IMG/VR virus record: IMGVR_UViG_2657245664_000014
DNA length: 5,680 bases
Source of the DNA: a virus
Taxonomy: Duplodnaviria > Heunggongvirae > Uroviricota > Caudoviricetes
Direction: 5' to 3' (one strand)
Below the pieces are notes generated by a model. The model did no database searches and was not told where the DNA came from. It was given only the letters and a program-made list of their open reading frames with translations. A program made the position numbers and the translations under genes. Below, piece after piece: positions 1 to 5,680 of the stretch (position 1 is the stretch's first letter; each line of letters begins with the position of its first letter).

Positions 1-633
1 GATGACTTTACCCGTTATTCTAAAGATCTTGCAGATGAAGGCACCCGCTGCTTTATCGATGCCGATAATATGCGAGCCGTCAGTGTGCTTAACCTGGGTA
101 CTATTGATGAACCAGGTCACGCAGATAACACCGCCACTCTCAAACTGAAAAAGACAGCACCGTTCTCTGCCCTGTTGTCTGTTAACGGCGAGCGTAACTC
201 CCAGAAGTCACTGGCAGAATGGATTGAAGACTGGGCCGACTACCTTGTGGGCTTTGATGCCAATGGTGACGCTATTCAGGCAACAAAAGCGGCTGCGGCA
301 GTCCGTAAAATCACGATTGAAGCAAACCAGACCGCTGATTTTGAAGATAATGACTTCAGCGGCAAACGCTCCCTGATGGAGTCTGTCGAAGCGAAGACCA
401 AAGACATTATGCCAGTGGCATTTGAATTTAAATGCGTTCCGTTTGAAGGTCTGAAAGAACGTCCGTTTAAATTACGCCTCAGCATTATCACTGGCGATCG
501 TCCTGTACTGGTTCTGCGCATTATTCAGCTGGAAGCGATGCAGGAAGAAATGGCTAACGAATTTCGTGATCTGCTTGTTGAGAAATTCAAAGACAGCAAA
601 GTAGAAACCTTTATTGGTACTTTCACCGCCTGA
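1..633 (+). CDS. yfdQ: YfdQ-like prophage protein (DUF2303 family), 5'-truncated by the window edge
   Basis: The reading frame is open from base 1 with no in-frame stop before the ATG at 70, and ends at TGA 631-633. It lies directly upstream of yfdR/yfdS homologues, matching the CPS-53 gene order yfdQ-yfdR-yfdS as I recall it. The family call is from memory of YfdQ, not a search. Confidence 0.6.
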   Translation, partial: DDFTRYSKDLADEGTRCFIDADNMRAVSVLNLGTIDEPGHADNTATLKLKKTAPFSALLSVNGERNSQKSLAEWIEDWADYLVGFDANGDAIQATKAAAAVRKITIEANQTADFEDNDFSGKRSLMESVEAKTKDIMPVAFEFKCVPFEGLKERPFKLRLSIITGDRPVLVLRIIQLEAMQEEMANEFRDLLVEKFKDSKVETFIGTFTA

Positions 634-645
634 TTTCATTACTGC

Positions 646-667
646 AAATGCCCCTGCGGGGGCATTT
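646..667 (+). terminator. Possible weak intrinsic terminator or attenuator hairpin after the yfdQ-like gene
   Basis: aaatgcccc (646-654), loop tgcg, then ggggcattt (659-667) form a 9-bp GC-containing stem 13 nt after the stop codon. The T-tract is short (ttt then atgg), so termination is probably partial. Confidence 0.35.
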
Positions 668-761
668 ATGGAAACGTAATTAACTCAATAATCACCGGAT
701 GGTGAGAGCTTCCTTTTAGCAGAATTCAGCGCGGTGCAGCGCATATAAAGTGGAGAACGAA

Positions 762-1298
762 ATGTCATTTATTAAAACTTTTTCCGGGAAGCATTTTTAT
801 TATGACAAGATAAATAAAGACGACATCGTGATTAACGATATCGCAGTTTCCCTTTCAAATATCTGTCGCTTTGCAGGACATCTTTCACACTTCTACAGCG
901 TCGCCCAGCATGCGGTGCTTTGCAGCCAGCTGGTACCGCAGGAATTTGCTTTTGAAGCGTTAATGCATGATGCAACAGAAGCATATTGCCAGGACATCCC
1001 CGCTCCACTGAAACGCCTTCTTCCTGACTATAAACGGATGGAAGAAAAAATAGATGCCGTAATCCGTGAGAAATACGGGTTACCCCCGGTTATGAGCACG
1101 CCTGTGAAATATGCCGATCTCATCATGCTGGCAACCGAACGCCGCGATCTCGGGCTTGATGATGGCTCTTTCTGGCCTGTACTGGAAGGCATCCCGGCAA
1201 CAGAGATGTTCAACGTGATTCCACTGGCACCGGGCCATGCCTACGGGATGTTTATGGAACGTTTTAACGAGTTATCGGAGTTACGCAAATGCGCATGA
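762..1298 (+). CDS. yfdR: HD-domain phosphohydrolase, YfdR-like (5'-deoxynucleotidase family)
   Basis: ATG at 762 is preceded by GGAG (752-755) at 6-nt spacing; the GTG at 750 used by the ORF track is less likely. The 178-aa product begins MSFIKTFSGKHFYYDK, carries an H...HD...E pattern (AQHAV ... LMHDATEAY), and its length matches E. coli K-12 YfdR as recalled. Confidence 0.85.
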   Translation: MSFIKTFSGKHFYYDKINKDDIVINDIAVSLSNICRFAGHLSHFYSVAQHAVLCSQLVPQEFAFEALMHDATEAYCQDIPAPLKRLLPDYKRMEEKIDAVIREKYGLPPVMSTPVKYADLIMLATERRDLGLDDGSFWPVLEGIPATEMFNVIPLAPGHAYGMFMERFNELSELRKCA

Positions 1299-1651
1299 AT
1301 GTTTTCGAAATGGAAGGGTTTCTTCGCGGGAAATGTGTACCGCGAGATCTGAAAGTGAATGAAACAAATGCTGAGTACCTGGTACGTAAATTCGATGCGC
1401 TTGAAGCTAAATGTGCGGCACTGGAAAACAAAATAATGCCAGTGTCAGCTGAACTGCCGCCAGCAAATGAAAGTGTTCTGTTATTTGATGCTAACGGAGA
1501 AGGCTGGCTGATTGGCTGGCGTTCTCTCTGGTACACCTGGGGACAAAAAGAAACCGGAGAATGGCAGTGGACATTTCAGGTCGGGGACCTTGAAAACGTC
1601 AATATCACTCACTGGGCAGTAATGCCAAAAGCACCGGAGAATAAGAAATGA
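1289..1651 (+). CDS. yfdS: YfdS-like DUF551 prophage protein
   Basis: ATG at 1289 is preceded by GGAG (1277-1280) and overlaps the yfdR 3' end by 10 nt. The 120-aa product matches the length of K-12 YfdS as recalled, with a C-terminal W-rich DUF551-like segment (WLIGWRSLWYTWGQ...THWAVMPKAP). Confidence 0.8.
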   Translation: MRMNVFEMEGFLRGKCVPRDLKVNETNAEYLVRKFDALEAKCAALENKIMPVSAELPPANESVLLFDANGEGWLIGWRSLWYTWGQKETGEWQWTFQVGDLENVNITHWAVMPKAPENKK

Positions 1652-1851
1652 GCGTGATAAAAACTCATACAGGAATTGTTATCACCCGAGACGGTCCGCA
1701 GGTAAAAAAACTGCACCAGACAAAGCGGATGTGGGTCGTCGGAAAAAACGAGTTTTACCACAAAGAAACCGGACGCCGCCACTTTGCAGAAAATACTCGC
1801 CGCCGACTGCTGATCGATACCATCAAGCCTATCGAGGTGAAGCATGTTTAA
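1648..1851 (+). CDS. Hypothetical small prophage protein (67 aa, basic)
   Basis: ATG 1648-1650 overlaps the yfdS stop TGA 1649-1651 (aATGa), with GGAGA at 1636-1640. It sits in a same-strand coupled chain; no recognisable domain. Confidence 0.6.
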   Translation: MSVIKTHTGIVITRDGPQVKKLHQTKRMWVVGKNEFYHKETGRRHFAENTRRRLLIDTIKPIEVKHV

Positions 1852-2083
1852 ACAGAACGAAAAATCTATCGCTCAAATTGCTGAGTATATCCCGCGTGCG
1901 TGCCGGGGTATGCAGTTGCAGGAAGCTAAAGCACGCCTGGAGAAAAAAATTGCGCTCTATATCGATGACGGCTGTGATGCTGCCGTTCTTAACGCGGCGT
2001 TCGCGCCAGCTCTTAACAGTCATACGCGAGAGTCTTTTTTTTCGTGCATCGCAGCGCAGATCCGCAAAGGAGGCAACCAGTGA
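1844..2083 (+). CDS. Hypothetical small prophage protein (79 aa)
   Basis: ATG 1844 is preceded by GAGGTG (1834-1839) and overlaps the upstream ORF end by 8 nt. Its stop TGA 2081-2083 overlaps the GTG start of the next gene. No recognisable domain. Confidence 0.55.
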   Translation: MFKQNEKSIAQIAEYIPRACRGMQLQEAKARLEKKIALYIDDGCDAAVLNAAFAPALNSHTRESFFSCIAAQIRKGGNQ

Positions 2084-2805
2084 GCGAAATTAATTACCAG
2101 GAACTGCGTGAGATAGCAAAAAAGGCAACACAAGGCGAATGGGTCGCATTTATTTCGCCGGGCAAATACGGCACGTACGCCGTACACACACCAGGTGATA
2201 ATCATCACGGAGATATTGTCGACTGGCCAGGATTCGACGAACAGAAGAACGCAGAGAACAACGCTCGTTATATCGCAGCTTTCAACCCTGAAGTAGTACA
2301 GGCACTACTGGACGAACGGGAAAGAAACCAGCAATACATCAAATCCCGCGACCAGGAGAACGAGGATATTGCTCTTACTGTTGGGAAGCTGCGCGTTGAG
2401 CTGGAAGGCAAAGACAGCAAAATAGCCAATCTTACCGCCGAACGCGATGCTCTTCGTGAAGGTGAGATGGGCGACGCTAGGCATAGCAACACACGGGCCG
2501 CAGCTGATATCTACTTCCAACTGGTCGAGGAGTGCGAAATTCCTGCTGGCGGATCTCTGGTCGAGTACGTTGACGATATGCGCGAGAAGCTGGAAGCCGC
2601 AGAGAAGCGCATTGCAGAGTTAGAAAGTGGTTCTCAGGCACAAAAGTTAGTTGAAGCAATCATTGTTGCGATAGAAAACGAACAGGAAAGGCTTTTTGAT
2701 GAAGATTACCTAATGGATTCGAAAGAATGCATTGACGTAATTCGTGAAGAAGTAAAGCGATGGAATGATTCCCGCGCCGCTGGTATTCGCATCAAAGGAG
2801 AGTGA
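2080..2805 (+). CDS. Ead/Ea22-like lambdoid early-region protein
   Basis: GTG at 2080 is preceded by a strong SD AAAGGAGG (2066-2073) at 6-nt spacing, giving the N-terminus (M)SEINYQELREIAKKATQGEW typical of Ead/Ea22-like proteins as recalled. The central region is acidic with heptad-like coiled-coil character. The track's earlier start at 2044 lacks an RBS and overlaps the upstream gene. Confidence 0.8.
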   Translation: MSEINYQELREIAKKATQGEWVAFISPGKYGTYAVHTPGDNHHGDIVDWPGFDEQKNAENNARYIAAFNPEVVQALLDERERNQQYIKSRDQENEDIALTVGKLRVELEGKDSKIANLTAERDALREGEMGDARHSNTRAAADIYFQLVEECEIPAGGSLVEYVDDMREKLEAAEKRIAELESGSQAQKLVEAIIVAIENEQERLFDEDYLMDSKECIDVIREEVKRWNDSRAAGIRIKGE

Positions 2806-2806
2806 G

Positions 2807-2998
2807 ATGAACGGACAAATATCAATTGTTCGACCAGGAGCATGTGACGATCGCGAAATACGAATGATTATTCGTCTGGCGAGGGGGAAAACAATAACTG
2901 CTCTCATTACTCCAGAAAATCTCGCATTAGCATTAACCGGAAAGTCAGACCTGCCAGTAGAGCTAAAGCTGCGAAATGTTGAGATTAAGGTGAAATAG
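2807..2998 (+). CDS. Hypothetical small prophage protein (63 aa)
   Basis: ATG 2807 lies 1 nt after the Ea22-like stop (2803-2805) with AGGAG at 2796-2800. The product MNGQISIVRPG...VELKLRNVEIKVK has no confidently recognised domain. Confidence 0.6.
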   Translation: MNGQISIVRPGACDDREIRMIIRLARGKTITALITPENLALALTGKSDLPVELKLRNVEIKVK

Positions 2999-3000
2999 TT

Positions 3001-3723
3001 ATGAATACTCTTACCAAAGAATGGTTACAGAACACGATTACCGGAATTGAGTCGATAATAGACGATAAATCGTTTGTATGTAGTGAAATAGCATTCGAAA
3101 TAGGTGTGGTTAACAACATACTTACCGCATTTAAAATTGCACTGGCATCGCTGGCAGCAGTATCGGATGAACGGGCAGCCTATGAATTATTTATGGAGAA
3201 GCGTTTCGGGGAATCTGTAGATCGCCGCAGGGCAAAAAATGGTGATAGAGAATACATGGCATGGGATATGGCGCTTGGCTGGATTATCTGGTGTCACCGC
3301 GCCGCCATGCTTCAGGGAGGCCAACCTGTAAACCAAACTTACAACTTGCCAGAATTAATCGAAGGCATGGAAGTTTCCATTGATGTAAGCACTTGTGATG
3401 CTGATTTAGGTAATCGCTATTTCGGCACCGTCACCGAGGCGTTAGAACTTGATACTGCCAAGAATGGTTACATCCTCCTGGTTCAGGACGCAGAGCCAAA
3501 CTTCGATGTAAATGGCAACTCTCCGGTAACTCCGGATAGTTGGATAAGCTGTAGTGAGCGAATGCCGGATGACGGGCAGTGGTGCGTAGTGAACACAGAA
3601 TACGGGTATTACGTGCAATGCTGGTCTGAAGGTCAAGGATGGCTTGGTGATGATATCAGCATCCCTGAATGCGATGTAATCAATTGGATGCCGCTACCGG
3701 AACCGCCGCAGGAGGTGAAGTGA
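3001..3723 (+). CDS. Prophage protein with C-terminal DUF551-like domain (240 aa)
   Basis: ATG 3001 lies 2 nt after the previous stop with AAGGTG upstream. The C-terminal segment WISCSERMPDDGQWCVV...YYVQCW...INWMPLPEPP resembles the W-rich DUF551 domain also seen in YfdS. The N-terminal ~170 aa is unassigned. Confidence 0.75.
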   Translation: MNTLTKEWLQNTITGIESIIDDKSFVCSEIAFEIGVVNNILTAFKIALASLAAVSDERAAYELFMEKRFGESVDRRRAKNGDREYMAWDMALGWIIWCHRAAMLQGGQPVNQTYNLPELIEGMEVSIDVSTCDADLGNRYFGTVTEALELDTAKNGYILLVQDAEPNFDVNGNSPVTPDSWISCSERMPDDGQWCVVNTEYGYYVQCWSEGQGWLGDDISIPECDVINWMPLPEPPQEVK

Positions 3724-4295
3724 TGAACAACTTAATGATCGACCTTGAGACGATGGGGAAAAATAAGGATGCACCGATCGTTTCCATTGGCGCGGTGTTC
3801 TTCACTCCAGAAACCGGAGACATCGGACAAGAATTTTATGCGGTTGTCAGCCTGGACAGTGCTATGGAGCAAGGGGCCACACCTGACGGCGATACCATCC
3901 TGTGGTGGTTGAAACAAAGCCCTGAAGCACGAGCTGCAATCTGTATTGATGATACTTTGTCGATCAGCGATGCACTCTCTGAACTGAGCCATTTCATTAA
4001 TCGGCACGCAGACAATACGAAATATTTAAAAGTTTGGGGTAACGGGGCCACCTTCGACAACGTAATTTTACGCGGAGCTTATGAACGAGCAGGACAAATC
4101 TGCCCATGGGCGTACTGGAATGATCACGATGTACGCACGATCGTTACGCTTGGGCGTTCCATCGGATTCGACCCCAAAATGGACATGCCCTTCGATGGCG
4201 AACGGCACAACGCCCTGGCCGATGCCCGTCATCAGGCAAAATATGTTTCCGCTATCTGGCAGAAATTAATTCCTGCCACCAGCACAGAATTATGA
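3723..4295 (+). CDS. DnaQ-like DEDDh 3'-5' exonuclease (phage-type)
   Basis: ATG 3723 overlaps the upstream stop TGA 3721-3723 with GGAGG at 3711-3715. The 190-aa product shows Exo I (MIDLETMG), Exo II (WGNGATFDNVIL) and Exo III (HNALADARHQAKY) motifs in the expected order. Confidence 0.8.
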   Translation: MNNLMIDLETMGKNKDAPIVSIGAVFFTPETGDIGQEFYAVVSLDSAMEQGATPDGDTILWWLKQSPEARAAICIDDTLSISDALSELSHFINRHADNTKYLKVWGNGATFDNVILRGAYERAGQICPWAYWNDHDVRTIVTLGRSIGFDPKMDMPFDGERHNALADARHQAKYVSAIWQKLIPATSTEL

Positions 4296-4331
4296 TTTTC
4301 CCGGGTGCAGCCGGTTTTGATGGAGAAAATT

Positions 4332-4604
4332 ATGAACACCTTGTTTTTACTGATGGCTGAATTCAATACCCCTAACATTGAACTCTCAGCAGTTAGCCAA
4401 AAGTACTTTGGCATGAGTCCAGCCACGGCAGAAGCAAAAGCAAACGCTTGTAAGTTGCCCGTTCCAACATATCGCATCGGCACATCACAAAAAGCAAAAC
4501 GTTGCATCAATATTCAGGATCTTGCGGAATACATAGACAAAAGGCGAGAAGAAGGGCGTGCTGAGTGGGAAAGGGTCAGAACCCATAAACAAAGGCTCAT
4601 TTAA
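4332..4604 (+). CDS. PrtN-family / excisionase-like DNA-binding protein (putative Xis or regulator)
   Basis: ATG 4332 is preceded by GGAG (4322-4325) at 6-nt spacing. The N-terminus MNTLFLLMAEF and the core ...KLPVPTYRIGTSQKAKRCINIQDLAEYIDKRREE resemble the pyocin-activator PrtN family as recalled. It is the last plus-strand gene before the terminator, where xis normally sits. Confidence 0.65.
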   Translation: MNTLFLLMAEFNTPNIELSAVSQKYFGMSPATAEAKANACKLPVPTYRIGTSQKAKRCINIQDLAEYIDKRREEGRAEWERVRTHKQRLI

Positions 4605-4609
4605 ATAGA

Positions 4610-4647
4610 ATATGAATAAACCCATCCAAAGATGGGTTTATTCATAA
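4610..4647. terminator. Bidirectional intrinsic terminator between convergent transcription units
   Basis: A perfect 17-bp inverted repeat, atatgaataaacccatc (4610-4626) and gatgggtttattcatat (4631-4647), surrounds a 4-nt loop caaa. It lies between the 3' ends of the plus-strand chain (stop 4602-4604) and the minus-strand module (stop 4638-4640), with AT-rich flanks on both sides. Confidence 0.7.
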
Positions 4648-5099
4648 TGTTGAAGAGCAGCGAGTATCAGTTTTTTATGCCGTTTAACCATAGTTTTAGA
4701 TATCTCAACTGCACATCGAACTTGTCTCATACAATGATCTGTAATGCGACCTTTTAGCACGTCACCATATTGGATGGCTATTTTCTCTTTAATAATTTCA
4801 AGATCGAAAGCAGCATGAGCCTCAATGCAATTAACAAATGAGTCCCATTTAAGAAAATCATGGTCCTCTCTATTAATTTCGACCTGACAAGCCATAAGAT
4901 CATTGTTTCTCTTAATAAATTCATTTATATCTGAATTTATTAGAAGAACTAAAAGAGGTTCACAGCAAACAACCACCATATATTTTACTTTAGGTGGGGT
5001 CGTAAAATCACAATGAAGATACAATACATCACCGGGTGATATACCTCTTTCACGACTAAAATTAGCCTTAAAATCAGGAGGGAAACAATCACCCAGCAT
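4638..5099 (-). CDS. Uncharacterised ~153-aa protein, putative partner (candidate toxin/effector) of the Panacea-domain protein
   Basis: The minus-strand ORF has an ATG at 5099-5097, or a TTG at 5108 overlapping the upstream stop (5105-5107). It is immediately downstream of the Panacea-domain gene with no intergenic space. AT-rich codon usage; no recognised domain. Confidence 0.6.
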   Translation of the reverse strand: MLGDCFPPDFKANFSRERGISPGDVLYLHCDFTTPPKVKYMVVVCCEPLLVLLINSDINEFIKRNNDLMACQVEINREDHDFLKWDSFVNCIEAHAAFDLEIIKEKIAIQYGDVLKGRITDHCMRQVRCAVEISKTMVKRHKKLILAALQHYE

Positions 5100-5104
5100 A
5101 AGTA

Positions 5105-5632
5105 TCAATATCCGTTCTTCAGATAATCCAGTATTAATTTGCTATTTTTTAGCTGTGCAACTATCGATTCCAAAGACATCTCACCATTGTGATCTGCCTG
5201 TTCCCATGCCGCGTCATGGCTCATGGTTCTGATAGCTTCAAAGGACATGTTTCCAAGCATCGCGATAGACTTATCAATACACTCTAAATCTGAGTCACTA
5301 AAAAAGTCTTCATCAGCTTCACGGCTCGGCACAATCGTCATACCTGATACAGAAAATGCTTTTCGCACAGAATCGACATCACAACCATTAGGAATGTAAC
5401 GTCCATCTCCACGAGCAATTTTTATAATATCGTATGTGTTGCTTGCTACAGGCCCATCCTTCATAGCGTTATAGTGATCGCCCGTTATGAGGCGTCCAAA
5501 ACTTTCAAGGTGAAACCTGTCAGCATAATAAAGAATTTTTCCGACATGATAGATATCTGGGATCGGTGCTTTAGAGGCGACGTACAGAATGGCCTCTAAA
5601 GCCTTTTCTGAATCAAACCTTACATTTAGCAT
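5105..5632 (-). CDS. Panacea/DUF4065 (GepA/SocA-like) domain protein, putative antitoxin; 5' end uncertain
   Basis: The core motif HVGKILYYADRFHLESFGRLITGDHYNAMKDGPVASNTYD matches the conserved K-[IL]-LYYA...G.P...W/AMK.GPV signature of DUF4065 as recalled. The frame stays open to the window edge at 5680. In-frame ATGs lie at 5647 and 5632, the latter with a GAAGGG-like RBS 7 nt upstream, so the start is either of these or beyond the window. Confidence 0.7.
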   Translation of the reverse strand: MLNVRFDSEKALEAILYVASKAPIPDIYHVGKILYYADRFHLESFGRLITGDHYNAMKDGPVASNTYDIIKIARGDGRYIPNGCDVDSVRKAFSVSGMTIVPSREADEDFFSDSDLECIDKSIAMLGNMSFEAIRTMSHDAAWEQADHNGEMSLESIVAQLKNSKLILDYLKNGY

Positions 5633-5680
5633 CAATACACCCTTCATCCAAACAACATCGTCAAGCTCTGGCAAATGCAA

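Noticed and set aside
634-761. Possible sigma70 promoter in the yfdQ-yfdR intergenic region (AT-rich 'atataaag' near 743-749)
   Set aside because: I could not find a -35 element at acceptable spacing. Read-through from upstream past the weak hairpin explains expression equally well.
2035-2042. T8 homopolymer inside the 79-aa ORF, 38 nt upstream of the Ea22-like start
   Set aside because: It could in principle support slippage, but there is no downstream structure or conserved fused frame to suggest programmed frameshifting. Most simply it encodes Phe-Phe (ESFFSC).
276-2907. Antisense or alternative-frame ORFs from the six-frame track lying inside the yfdQ/yfdR/yfdS/Ea22 region (276-521-, 1028-1213-, 1264-1536-, 1609-1845-, 1731-2093+, 1829-2023-, 2020-2208-, 2268-2492-, 2305-2520-, 2477-2659-, 2710-2907-)
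   Set aside because: Each is fully embedded in or antisense to a better-supported CDS with an RBS and a recognisable product, and none has a convincing SD. They are most likely chance ORFs.
3442-4510. Antisense or alternative-frame ORFs within the DUF551, exonuclease and PrtN-like genes (3442-3636-, 3732-4007-, 3836-4060-, 4081-4269+, 4232-4510-)
   Set aside because: Same reasoning: they overlap well-supported motif-bearing genes and lack translation signals.
4960-5010. Short HEPN-like Arg/His spacing in the 153-aa partner protein (e.g. RITDH, KRHKK)
   Set aside because: The spacing does not fit the canonical Rx4-6H motif and the context is not conserved-looking; insufficient to call a HEPN RNase.
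1-5680. Search for tRNA, rRNA, CRISPR repeats, IS terminal inverted repeats and att sites
   Set aside because: No cloverleaf-compatible segment, no regularly spaced direct repeats and no transposase-like ORF were seen. The integrase and att site are presumably beyond the 3' end of the window.

Overview
This window looks like the early-left accessory side of a CPS-53/KplE1-like lambdoid prophage from an E. coli-like enterobacterium. Positions 1-4604 carry a tightly packed, largely translationally coupled plus-strand gene chain: the 3' end of a yfdQ-like gene, yfdR (HD-domain), yfdS (DUF551), two small ORFs, an Ead/Ea22-like protein, another small ORF, a second DUF551 protein, a DnaQ-like 3'-5' exonuclease and a PrtN-family excisionase-like protein. 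A 17-bp perfect-palindrome bidirectional terminator (4610-4647) separates this from a convergent, visibly AT-richer minus-strand two-gene module (4638-5680, running off the window edge). That module encodes a Panacea/DUF4065-domain protein overlapping an uncharacterised ~153-aa partner, and is the best candidate for an undescribed toxin-antitoxin or anti-phage system. No rRNA, tRNA, CRISPR array or IS element was recognised. All family assignments are from motif recognition by eye, not database searches.
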